A DNA stretch of 64,000 bases from Sulfurovum sp. (GTDB lineage Bacteria > Campylobacterota > Campylobacteria > Campylobacterales > Sulfurovaceae): contig NZ_JBFFOH010000001.1 in assembly GCF_041562805.1 (NCBI RefSeq), positions 8,781-72,780 on the forward strand. The letters are read 5' to 3'. Position numbers and translations under genes: made by a program. This document shows, piece after piece, positions 39,696 through 49,877 of this stretch (position 1 is the first letter of the stretch; every line of letters begins with the position of its first letter). The notes under the pieces were generated by a model that was given only the letters and a program-made list of their open reading frames with translations, was not told the origin of the DNA and did not search any database.

Positions 39696-40744
39696 ATGTT
39701 CTCTCCAAAGCTGCGAAGTACTTTTTTGACAATACTTTCATCAATGTCCGATACCATTTCATAGTTGCCCATACCTTGAGGTAAAATAAATTTAATACTA
39801 CCTCTTGCGCTCTTTTTATCTAAAAAGAAATGTTCATAGAAATCATCTACATCTTCGATGACATACTCTGTAGGTAGTGAGGCCTTTTCTAAAAGTACTT
39901 TGACTTCTGCAGCTTCTTCCTGCGTGAAAAGCCCAAGTTCTATTGCCAGTGCATTAGCCATTATCATACCTATGGCTACCGCTTCACCATGCAGGTATGT
40001 CGTATACTGGGTCTCATTTTCAACTACGTGTCCAAAAGTATGCCCATAGTTAAGTACAGCACGTATACCCGCTTCTTTCTCGTCTTGATTCACTACCCAT
40101 GCTTTAAGTTCTACACTCTTTTTGATCACTTCTTTAAGTGTTTCAGGATCTCTAAAGTCAGCTTTCTGAAGAAATTCAAAGTATGACTTATCAAACATTA
40201 CAGCCATTTTGACTATCTCAGCGATACCTGCAGCAAACTCTCTTGGAGGTAATGTCTTTAAAAATGCTGGATCTATGTAAACGGCTTTGGGCTGATAGAA
40301 GGCACCTATGAGATTTTTACCATATTTGTTGTTGACCCCTGTTTTTCCACCTACACTGGCATCAACCTGACTAAGCAGTGTTGTAGGTATCTGTATAAAG
40401 TCTATACCTCTCTGATAAAGGCTTGCGGTAAATCCTGTCATGTCCCCTATCACACCCCCACCAAAGGCAATAAGTAAAGATTTTCTATCAAGCTTATGTT
40501 CAAAACATTGATTCAGTATATTTTCTACTGTCTCTAAGGTCTTGTATCCTTCCCCGTCAGGAATTGTTACAACATTAAGTTTTGTAGCCTTCAGGTGAGA
40601 AAGAAGCGTTTCTAGATGAAAGCCAGCTACTGTCGGGTTCGTAACTACAACGACATTGGTGTCAAAAGTAAGTTGTGGTAATGCATCAATCGTGATGTCA
40701 TAAGTAATGTTCTGAGTGTGTGCTAATTCGATAGGAACGATCAT
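39692..40744 (-). CDS. aroB: 3-dehydroquinate synthase
   Basis: GGGVIGD, PTTLLSQVDASVGGKTG, LNYGHTFGH, HGEAV. Confidence 0.97.
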   Translation of the reverse strand: MIVPIELAHTQNITYDITIDALPQLTFDTNVVVVTNPTVAGFHLETLLSHLKATKLNVVTIPDGEGYKTLETVENILNQCFEHKLDRKSLLIAFGGGVIGDMTGFTASLYQRGIDFIQIPTTLLSQVDASVGGKTGVNNKYGKNLIGAFYQPKAVYIDPAFLKTLPPREFAAGIAEIVKMAVMFDKSYFEFLQKADFRDPETLKEVIKKSVELKAWVVNQDEKEAGIRAVLNYGHTFGHVVENETQYTTYLHGEAVAIGMIMANALAIELGLFTQEEAAEVKVLLEKASLPTEYVIEDVDDFYEHFFLDKKSARGSIKFILPQGMGNYEMVSDIDESIVKKVLRSFGENI

Positions 40745-40838
40745 CTGGTAAAACCTTGCGTTATTATTGGCTTTATTTTATCTTATTTGTGATTAAGTAT
40801 CGTTGTAAGGGTGCTTAATGCCCTTCTTGAGTCCTTAT

Positions 40839-42269
40839 TTAGGACTCAGTGATGGCAAAAGGAACGAGTAGCTTTGGGTGCCTGTTCGTGGTAAGAATAA
40901 AGTCTTGAATTCTGTTAGAGATGAGTTTTCTGATACTGTCTGTATTGAGACTCTTTTCAAAAGGTGCTATTTGGAGTATATCTTCCATATTTGAAAGTTC
41001 TCGTATAGGATTGGCTATTTTTTGTTCGATCTTCATTTCCATATTAAAGATATGTGTGAGAGTCTCATAATGTTCAATGATCATTTTTTTACTCTCAAAG
41101 TCTCCTTCTGGATCAAAGTCACCAAGTGTAAGCCCTAAGCCCAGCGTCTCAGAAATATCAAAGGCTGTAGATGAAATGGATTCCATTTTTTCTTTTTCAC
41201 TCATAAGGACTACAGATCTTTTGATGTTATAGAGCAGTTTGTCACCAAAAAGGAAAACCAACTTTTTTAGATCATAGATAGTATCTTTAAGGCCACCAGC
41301 CTCAAAAGTTGGAATACTGTTCATCACAAGTCCTACATTAAACTCATGTATATCATTTTCCACTGAGGATTTTACATTTTCGTTATCATAAGAGATAGAA
41401 ATTGTGACATGTTCGGACTCTAAAGTTTTAAGTTCCTCTATCAATTTAAAATCATTTGGATATAAAACACGTACATAGAGGTCTTTATCTTCTAATTTCT
41501 CAACAAGATAAATACTCTGTTTAAGGTAAAGTAGTGCATCTTTGTGGTCATGTCTAAGATCCAGGATAAGATAAATATTTTTACCAAATGGTTCAGGAAA
41601 AAGACCTATTCTTTTGTTGATGGTCTTGTATACACCATTGAGCACTATAGGTTTTCCCAGTATGAGTAAGGTGTCATTAGGACGTATCATGGTCGAGTTT
41701 GTCGGAAGGATCTGTTGCTCATCTCTGTAGAGTGCAGCGATCTTCCATTGATTTTGAACTATAGTACCTATGTGTCTATAGGCATATGAACTTCCAAAAG
41801 GTACATGTACTTCCATGATCTCACCTTGCCCAAGTCCAACATTCTGAGCGACCAAGGGGACATTGGGAAGTTGGTCATAAAGATGGGCGGCTATAAGTTG
41901 ATCAGTGTGTACTATCGTAATGTTTTCCTGATCTTTTCCTATCTCATTATCATCCCATTGATTTACAAGTGCTATACGCATTTTAGTGTTGATAAGCGCA
42001 ACATTTTTAAGCGCATATTTTGCATCTTCTATATCTTCCATAACAATAAAAAGATTAGAGAATTTAGTAGCATCCATGATATTCTTAAGTTTAGAAAAAC
42101 TTGTAGGGTCAGCATCAATGACTGTGATGTTCTTGCCTATTTTATCAGGTGTTGTGTGTGCTTTATAGCATGTTACATAGTATTGGTTCTCTGCAACTCT
42201 GTTCGTGCTGACCCAGTCTATAAAATGCTTCGCAATACTACCACTAGCTAATATAAGTATGTTTTTGAT
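40839..42269 (-). CDS. COG3400-family protein with TrkA-C (RCK_C) domain; apparent ATC start
   Basis: The frame stays open 64 codons upstream of the tracked ATG (IKNILILASGSIAKHF..DPTSFSKL). SD AAGGA lies 5 nt before the ATC at 42269. Contains GLGQGEIMEV.VPFGSSYAYRH. Confidence 0.8.
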   Translation of the reverse strand: MKNILILASGSIAKHFIDWVSTNRVAENQYYVTCYKAHTTPDKIGKNITVIDADPTSFSKLKNIMDATKFSNLFIVMEDIEDAKYALKNVALINTKMRIALVNQWDDNEIGKDQENITIVHTDQLIAAHLYDQLPNVPLVAQNVGLGQGEIMEVHVPFGSSYAYRHIGTIVQNQWKIAALYRDEQQILPTNSTMIRPNDTLLILGKPIVLNGVYKTINKRIGLFPEPFGKNIYLILDLRHDHKDALLYLKQSIYLVEKLEDKDLYVRVLYPNDFKLIEELKTLESEHVTISISYDNENVKSSVENDIHEFNVGLVMNSIPTFEAGGLKDTIYDLKKLVFLFGDKLLYNIKRSVVLMSEKEKMESISSTAFDISETLGLGLTLGDFDPEGDFESKKMIIEHYETLTHIFNMEMKIEQKIANPIRELSNMEDILQIAPFEKSLNTDSIRKLISNRIQDFILTTNRHPKLLVPFAITES

Positions 42270-42296
42270 GGAAATCCTTTACATAGTGCCAAATGA

Positions 42297-43553
<1,257 letters not shown>

Positions 43554-43572
43554 TATATTAAAAAACGTACTA

Positions 43573-44175
43573 TTATCTTTTTATAGATAGTCTTGCGAAC
43601 ATATTGTTGTTTTTATCCATTTCCTCAAAGACTTTTGCATCTAATGAAGGTCTGCCTGTGATGAGTGCGCCTTTAATAGTGTTTAAAACATGAAAAAAGT
43701 TTTTATTAAAAGGTGTGATGATCTCTTTTATTTTTTTATGTTTTATTACCTCTGTTATGTCTTTTATACAATGCATATAATATATTTTATTAATGGCTCT
43801 TTGTATTCTGTAATCTTTCATAAGTTCAATGTTTTTTATCCATACTTCCTTGTCAATATCTGCTAGATAGGGTTGATTTTGTATGAACTCTATCTCATGT
43901 TTCATCTTTTCTTTATATTTTTCACACTCTTCTGTAACACATTCTTCAATATCATTTTCATAGTATTTCAATATAGTATGTAAATCTTTTTCGTCAAGTA
44001 ATTTGTTTTCAAACGGATGGCTATAATATGGTTTTTTATCATAGTCATTGTCAATATCTTTGAGGATTTCTAAAGCTACCATGAGATAAATATATTTATC
44101 TTCTTTAGAGAGTTTATAAACGATGCCATGATTAGATATCTCTACTCGTGGCCCTACATAATGTATTTCAGACAT
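43573..44175 (-). CDS. Hypothetical protein (200 aa)
   Basis: SD AAGG, long clean ORF, no motif recognised. Confidence 0.75.
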   Translation of the reverse strand: MSEIHYVGPRVEISNHGIVYKLSKEDKYIYLMVALEILKDIDNDYDKKPYYSHPFENKLLDEKDLHTILKYYENDIEECVTEECEKYKEKMKHEIEFIQNQPYLADIDKEVWIKNIELMKDYRIQRAINKIYYMHCIKDITEVIKHKKIKEIITPFNKNFFHVLNTIKGALITGRPSLDAKVFEEMDKNNNMFARLSIKR

Positions 44176-44294
44176 AAAATTACCTTACTAACTGTAAAAT
44201 CTAAAAGTATAAGACTATCAAAGACTTAAACTATAATTTATTATAACAATTTTTAATAAATTATAAGAATTAATTATTCTATATTAATAAATAT

Positions 44295-45185
44295 TTAACG
44301 TTTGTACGGTACCTTCGCAGAGGGTGTCTTTTTAGATGTTTTATCTAAATGCACATCTTGATCATCAAAGAATATATCTGCTTTGAAGGACTTTACTACC
44401 CTTCTTTTTTCTACACCTCCAAGGAAAAAAGCTTCATCAACACGTACATCCCATGCATCAAAAGTACGGATAACTCTTTCAAATGTGGCAAAGTCTCGTG
44501 CAGTAATAAGTGAAGTTTTGATAGGTGCTTTTTCCATAGGAAATTTTTTTTGTATTTTTGATATTACCTTGAGTAATTTTGCAAATGGTCCTTTGGGTAA
44601 AGGGTTTTTGGCATTTTTCTTTTCATGTTTTACAAAAGCCTCTAGTCCATGCTTTTTGTATATCTTCTCTGACTGATCTGAAAATAGTACAGCATCACCA
44701 TCAAAAGCAATGTGTACATCTTTTCTTTTAGCGTCTTTTTTATACTTTTTAGGAATGATTCTTGCTGCTGCAATACCTACATTAATAGCTTCTTGTACAT
44801 CTTCCTCATGAGCAGAAAGAAACAAGTCCACATCAAAGGCTTTGAGGTAGTTAGAAATAGGTGTACCTGCTGTCCACCCTGCTCTTTCAACATTTAATTT
44901 ATATTTGTCTATAGAGTTTTTGATACGTAGACCTGTGGCCGCATTATTGCGTGAAAGAACGATGACTTCTATAAGTTTGTCATCAAAGTGTTTGTTGATG
45001 TGTAGTATATTCTTTACGAAATCAAAGGCGGCCCCACGTTTAAGTAACTTGTTCTCATTTTTGATTTGATATTTATAATATTTTTTTAAACCTTTTTTTT
45101 CAAACATCTTGTTTTCATCTTCCAAATCAAATAATGCACGAGAAGAGATAGCAATCACAAGTTTCTTTTTTAAATCGTAAGACAT
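44295..45185 (-). CDS. 5'-nucleotidase (cN-I-like family)
   Basis: LVIAISSRALFDL, LSRN, LFLSA, IAFDGDAVLFSD.SE, EAFFLGG, IFFDDQ. Confidence 0.9.
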   Translation of the reverse strand: MSYDLKKKLVIAISSRALFDLEDENKMFEKKGLKKYYKYQIKNENKLLKRGAAFDFVKNILHINKHFDDKLIEVIVLSRNNAATGLRIKNSIDKYKLNVERAGWTAGTPISNYLKAFDVDLFLSAHEEDVQEAINVGIAAARIIPKKYKKDAKRKDVHIAFDGDAVLFSDQSEKIYKKHGLEAFVKHEKKNAKNPLPKGPFAKLLKVISKIQKKFPMEKAPIKTSLITARDFATFERVIRTFDAWDVRVDEAFFLGGVEKRRVVKSFKADIFFDDQDVHLDKTSKKTPSAKVPYKR

Positions 45186-45273
45186 AAGTTTCCTTTTGAT
45201 ATTTGTTGTATTGTAGTCAATTTTACTTTATGCCATACTATAGTAAAATTCTTTTTTTATAAAGGTCAATTTA

Positions 45274-45624
45274 ATGGAAACAATTTTTGTATACGGTACA
45301 CTCATGCCAAACTGCCCCAATGGTCATGTACTTGAAAATATCGTTGGTAAGTTTGTCCCCGCAACAGTAACAGGTGAGCTTGTTGCAGCAGGATGGTCTG
45401 CATCTATGGGGTACCCTGGTATAAAACTAGATTCTGATAAAGATACAGTACACGGTTTTTTGTTTTATTCACATAATCTTGAAGATAATTGGGAGTATCT
45501 TGATACATTTGAAGGTGAAGAGTTTGTCCGTACAGAGGTAACGGTAGAACGGTATGATGAACTTGATGTAGATACTTTTATATATGTTCTAAAACATGAC
45601 AAAGAAGAACTTGAAGATGAATAA
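45274..45624 (+). CDS. Gamma-glutamylcyclotransferase-family protein
   Basis: FVYGTL, GYPG, LD.FEG..Y/F.R. Confidence 0.88.
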   Translation: METIFVYGTLMPNCPNGHVLENIVGKFVPATVTGELVAAGWSASMGYPGIKLDSDKDTVHGFLFYSHNLEDNWEYLDTFEGEEFVRTEVTVERYDELDVDTFIYVLKHDKEELEDE

Positions 45625-45668
45625 AATTATTTTGATATAATTGATTTATAAAAAATAAAGGAAGAAGA

Positions 45669-46232
45669 ATGAGTTTTGGAAATATAGTATTGATCATTAT
45701 TGCTGTTGTTGTTGTATATCTAATTGCTATTTACAATAAATTTGTATCATTGAGAGCAGGTATAGATGCTTCATGGTCAGACATCGATGTTCAGTTAAAG
45801 CGTCGTTATGACCTCATACCCGCACTTGTCGATACAGTACGAGGATATAAAGAGTATGAAGCAGAGACACTTGAAAAAGTAATACAGGCACGTCAACAAG
45901 GGCTAAGTGCCGGCACTGTAGACGAAAAAGCAGCTGCGGCCAATATGTTAAGTGGTGCATTAGGTAAATTATTTGCTTTGGCAGAAGCATATCCAGATCT
46001 CAAAGCCAACACAAACTTTCTAGATCTTCAAAATCAACTTTCTAATCTTGAAGATGCCATTCAGAATGCAAGACGTTACTATAACGCTATCGTAAGAGAC
46101 TACAATGCAAAAACAGAGTCTTTCCCAGATCTATTTATCGCACAAAAGTATAATTTTACTGCACGTGATTATTTTGAGCTAGATGAAAGTGAATCTGCGT
46201 CTGTTAAAAAGATGCCTAAAATCGATCTTTAA
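45669..46232 (+). CDS. lemA: LemA family protein
   Basis: YN.FV, WS.IDVQL.RR.DLIP, E.YPDLKA, ARR.YN. Confidence 0.95.
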   Translation: MSFGNIVLIIIAVVVVYLIAIYNKFVSLRAGIDASWSDIDVQLKRRYDLIPALVDTVRGYKEYEAETLEKVIQARQQGLSAGTVDEKAAAANMLSGALGKLFALAEAYPDLKANTNFLDLQNQLSNLEDAIQNARRYYNAIVRDYNAKTESFPDLFIAQKYNFTARDYFELDESESASVKKMPKIDL

Positions 46233-46235
46233 TCT

Positions 46236-48101
46236 ATGATAAGACTACTTGCAATCACCCTCTTCTTCTTAGTATGGGTGTCATCCGCTTATGCTGAAAA
46301 GATATCAAATTTTAAGGTAGATATTACTGTCGAACAAAGTGGAGAACTTTCCATTGTAGAGTTCATCGAGTATGACTTTGAACAACAGAGTAAACATGGT
46401 ATATTTCGCGATATTCCTTTTACTGTTAAAAGAGAAGGTCTCATTAAAGATCTTGGACTCTATGCGTTATCAGTACTGCTTGATGGTGGCATAGTTGAAT
46501 GGCAACAGTCTACACAACCTACTGCAAATGCTGGTGATGCTATACGTTTGAAGATAGGCTCTGCAGGCAAATATGTGACAGGAAAACATCTTTACACAAT
46601 TGCTTACCGAGTTAAAAAAGGTGTACTTCCTGCTGTACAAAATGAAGAAAATGATGCCATACGTTGGAACATCATCGGTACAGGATGGCAGATACCTATT
46701 CAAAAGGTTGAAGCAAACTTCTTCCTGCCTCCTTCACTTACACAACATGACATAGCAGTCTCAAGTTATACTGGCCGTTATGGTACGAAAAGTTCTACAG
46801 CAATAAGTACATGGATAAACACAAGACAACTACAGGTAAAAGTCCCTGTACTTAACCCAGAGGAAGGTGCTACTGTTGAGATGGCATATTCTGCTGATAT
46901 CCTGGATCAAAATGGACTTGAAAATGTCAAAGCAACATTTATGGATTGGATGTTAGCAAATTTTCATTGGGCGGCATTAGTTGGATTTTTACTTTATTTT
47001 CGTGAGATGTATACGAAGTACTCAGGTTTTGAAGATAAACGATCTATAGCTGTACAGTATGAAGCTCCCAAAGGATTAAGCCTATTACAGTCAGGCCTTG
47101 TACTTGACAAATTTGCAGATACGAAGGACTTTGCCGCAGCAGTACTGGAACTTGCACATTTAGGACATTTGGAAATAGAGCAAAAAGAGAAAAAACTTGA
47201 CCCTATTTTGATACGTAAAGAAAAAAGTACAGAAAACCTAACTATGGATCAAAAATATTTGCTTAACCATGTTCTCTTTAAAGGCAGAACAACTTTTGTC
47301 ATGTCAGCTGGCTCAAAAACAAAAGCTTCAGCCTTAAAAGAAGGATTTGGACAGATCAATGATAATCTTTATACTTGGTCTGTGTCGGATGGATTTATGG
47401 CAGATAATCCACAAAGAATACGTAAAAGCTTTATAATGAAGAGTCTCTTGTTTTTATTGCCTGTTGCAGGGCTGGTACTTTACAGCTTGTATTTACAGCT
47501 TGGAGAAGCGGCTATCTTTCTTCTTGTATTTCCTATGATATTTGCGGCTGTAGGTATCAGTATCATGACTTCAAATAAAAACTGGTTCTCTAAAATAACC
47601 GGTTTTCTTTTTGGATCTGTAGGGATGATACCTTTTGTTGGCATTATGAATGAAGGGATGGATCTAAGTGAACTAGCCGTAGGTCCAGTAGCTGTACTTA
47701 TAGTGCTGGCACTGGCTTTAGGATTCACCTATAAAAAAATAGGAAGATTTACACAAAAAGGTGCTTATGCTTCTAAACATTTATTAGGTTTAAAAGAGTT
47801 TGTTAAACGGGTAAAAGAGGATGAAATAAAAAGACGTTTGGAAATGGATCCCCTTTACTTAGAGAAGATGCTTCCCTACGCTGTTCTGTTTAATGAAACA
47901 GACCATTGGCTCTCCTTCTATCAAGTATTAAATGTTGAAGAACCTCATTGGTATCATGGAAATGTTTCAAACATGGGACGATTCACCTCTTCTGTGAACG
48001 CTGCATCTACCACTCCTGCAGGAAGTGGTGGTGGTGGCTTCTCTGGAGGAGGTGGTTTTTCCGGTGGTGGCGGTGGAGGAGGTGGTGGTGGCTCTTGGTG
48101 A
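46236..48101 (+). CDS. DUF2207 membrane protein
   Basis: Follows lemA; GIFRDIP, WN.IG.GW..PI, LPYA.LF, Gly-rich tail GGGGGGSW. Confidence 0.9.
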   Translation: MIRLLAITLFFLVWVSSAYAEKISNFKVDITVEQSGELSIVEFIEYDFEQQSKHGIFRDIPFTVKREGLIKDLGLYALSVLLDGGIVEWQQSTQPTANAGDAIRLKIGSAGKYVTGKHLYTIAYRVKKGVLPAVQNEENDAIRWNIIGTGWQIPIQKVEANFFLPPSLTQHDIAVSSYTGRYGTKSSTAISTWINTRQLQVKVPVLNPEEGATVEMAYSADILDQNGLENVKATFMDWMLANFHWAALVGFLLYFREMYTKYSGFEDKRSIAVQYEAPKGLSLLQSGLVLDKFADTKDFAAAVLELAHLGHLEIEQKEKKLDPILIRKEKSTENLTMDQKYLLNHVLFKGRTTFVMSAGSKTKASALKEGFGQINDNLYTWSVSDGFMADNPQRIRKSFIMKSLLFLLPVAGLVLYSLYLQLGEAAIFLLVFPMIFAAVGISIMTSNKNWFSKITGFLFGSVGMIPFVGIMNEGMDLSELAVGPVAVLIVLALALGFTYKKIGRFTQKGAYASKHLLGLKEFVKRVKEDEIKRRLEMDPLYLEKMLPYAVLFNETDHWLSFYQVLNVEEPHWYHGNVSNMGRFTSSVNAASTTPAGSGGGGFSGGGGFSGGGGGGGGGGSW

Positions 48102-48136
48102 TATTCTAGTTATATAGATAGTATATGTATGTCTAC

Positions 48137-48370
48137 CTATAGCGTAATTGGATTCAGAGACAATATAGTTACCCCATCTTCTGATGTGAGAAAAATGATC
48201 GTATCTTTATATACAATAAACCCGCAATCCACAACAGGAAAATAGCGAGTATCTAAATCTATGTTCTTCGCACATTCGATAAGTTCCTGAATAGAATGTA
48301 AAGAACAAATAGGAATATCCTTCTCCATCTTCTCTACCAATAGACTTATTTCTTTATCACATGTAATCAT
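48137..48370 (-). CDS. Hypothetical protein (about 77 aa)
   Basis: Open frame; the ATG at 48370 has AGGA upstream, but the start is uncertain. Confidence 0.45.
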   Translation of the reverse strand: MITCDKEISLLVEKMEKDIPICSLHSIQELIECAKNIDLDTRYFPVVDCGFIVYKDTIIFLTSEDGVTILSLNPITL

Positions 48371-48514
48371 TTCACACCGTATCCTATTGACAACCAAGGA
48401 GAAGATCCATAGTTGTGACTCATAATTAATGACTTTTATTTATTCGCCAATTATAATGAACATGTATTAAGTAAGTGTTAATTATAATTATTGATAACTA
48501 TTTCCTCAATATTT

Positions 48515-48549
48515 AGGAAATAATATGTCAATTTGACATATTATTTCCT
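48515..48549. repeat. Perfect 35-bp palindrome in a divergent promoter region
   Basis: AGGAAATAATATGTCAA-T-TTGACATATTATTTCCT (17-bp arms). Confidence 0.9.
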
Positions 48550-48579
48550 GTTTTCTGATACTAACACTAAAATGTCACT

Positions 48580-48921
48580 ATGTATAATAAAAAGAAAGAA
48601 AGATTTTATATCTGCGACCTACTAGAGACCCCGGCTGTACCCTATCCATCATATTATGTATTGAGTAGTTCTATGCATAAAAATGAGATGCTGCAATCTG
48701 CAATGATAGCCTTACATAGTTTTGATTTTTCCTATTATGAAAGAGCTCGTAATTATGAGGATATCTTTGCTATGTTTCACTCAGGTACATTTCCTATCTA
48801 TAAAGAAAAATATATTGTAGGTTACTTTGGAAATAAAATGATGTATTTGGAATCAAATGGATGGAAAGGTATGCCCTCTACAGAGGACATTTTTAAAATG
48901 GAGAACTGGCTTGTATGCTAG
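48580..48921 (+). CDS. Hypothetical protein (113 aa)
   Basis: Long ORF in an AT-rich region; TTGACA-N18-GATACT upstream; no clear SD. Confidence 0.6.
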   Translation: MYNKKKERFYICDLLETPAVPYPSYYVLSSSMHKNEMLQSAMIALHSFDFSYYERARNYEDIFAMFHSGTFPIYKEKYIVGYFGNKMMYLESNGWKGMPSTEDIFKMENWLVC

Positions 48922-48990
48922 GCAGTACTGTGTTTGGCTCTCCTTGAATATCCTTTGTTATTCTAGCAACCGCAAACTGCTTGGTTTATT

Positions 48991-49071
48991 TTAGTTATCA
49001 GCATGGTCTTTTCTAAACCTGTAATAGAAATATCCCACAATAACAAGAATACCAATTATAAATAATTCCAT
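48991..49071 (-). CDS. Putative 26-aa single-TM small protein MELFIIGILVIVGYFYYRFRKDHADN
   Basis: Strong SD AAGGAG 7 nt before the ATG; hydrophobic helix followed by a basic tail. Confidence 0.55.
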   Translation of the reverse strand: MELFIIGILVIVGYFYYRFRKDHADN

Positions 49072-49275
49072 ATTATTACTCCTTTTTAAATTAACATAAT
49101 AACTATAGCATTATAGATGTAATATTTACTTTCTAAGGGATTTGTGTTACAAAATAAAAAACTGGCTTATTTGTTAATTCTATGTGTAATATATAATAAT
49201 TAATAAATAATGTGACATAAATATGACATCCATATTGTTATTATTCTAATTAATAATTAAATATATGGAGTAAAC

Positions 49276-49392
49276 ATGAGAAGAACGCTTATGTACACAG
49301 AAGAAGTACTTAATAAACGTGGTGTCCTTGTTCAAGTAATCTACCACTATGATGATGGCACAACATTAAAACGTAAGATCAATGCTGCATAA
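49276..49392 (+). CDS. Putative 38-aa small protein MRRTLMYTEEVLNKRGVLVQVIYHYDDGTTLKRKINAA
   Basis: SD GGAG 5 nt before the ATG; stop overlaps the next start (TAATG). Confidence 0.55.
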   Translation: MRRTLMYTEEVLNKRGVLVQVIYHYDDGTTLKRKINAA

Positions 49393-49517
49393 TGAAAAAA
49401 ATGCTATCAAGATTTCTAGCTATGAGTGATTGGAACAAAAATGATAAGGTATTTGTGTTACTTGTAATTTGTACCAATATCTCACTTATTATTTTTGCCC
49501 TGATGATCCATACATAA
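49392..49517 (+). CDS. Putative 41-aa single-TM small protein
   Basis: Coupled via TAATG; MKKMLSRFLAMSDWNKNDKVFVLLVICTNISLIIFALMIHT. Confidence 0.45.
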   Translation: MKKMLSRFLAMSDWNKNDKVFVLLVICTNISLIIFALMIHT

Positions 49518-49774
49518 TCTACAATCCCCTATTTCTACTAAAAAATATACCCTGTAAAATTATTTTCATACTCTCATACGTTAAAAATATAAGGAGATAA
49601 ATTATTTCTTTAATGGGTGTCGTGATATGCAAAATGCATAGAGTGCCCTGTACAGCGGTACTTATAAGATGCAAAACTGTTTTATTTGTATGATTGAAAT
49701 AAATAATATAAACAAATTTTAGTTATAAGTTTTAAATTAAGACAAATTTTATCTTATTTAGTTACAATTCAAAC

Positions 49775-49877
49775 ATATCTTAGGTATGGCAGTTTTTTTA
49801 TTCTTCCTCCTTTTAGAAAAAACATTGTTGTATCGACTACCAACGAACACACACTTCCTCCTGTCGTATCTAAGATA
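49775..49877 (+). ncRNA. Candidate structured small RNA with two CUUCCUCC anti-SD motifs
   Basis: 17-bp closing stem (14 Watson-Crick plus 3 G-U pairs, on the + strand only), internal hairpins, and a TACAAT -10 box at 49763-49768. Confidence 0.5.

Noticed and set aside
44232-44265. 12-bp AT-only inverted repeat
   Set aside because: Expected by chance in a very AT-rich spacer; at most a weak terminator.
48020-48101. GGT/GGC-rich repeat
   Set aside because: It encodes the normal Gly-rich tail of DUF2207 proteins.
48367-48423. 18-aa ORF (MSHNYGSSPWLSIGYGVK) overlapping the start of the 48370 gene
   Set aside because: No SD and no attenuator signature; it cannot be distinguished from chance.
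49590-49695. AAGGAG, a 26-codon Cys-containing ORF (49613-49693) and a hairpin with GCAAAA motifs resembling a c-di-GMP-I riboswitch
   Set aside because: The SD-to-ATG spacing (16 nt) is too long, and the GNRA tetraloop/receptor architecture of the riboswitch is missing.
49775-49877. Identification of the structured RNA as SRP, 6S or tmRNA
   Set aside because: It lacks the SRP helix-8 motif and is too short for 6S or tmRNA, so it is kept as an unknown sRNA candidate.
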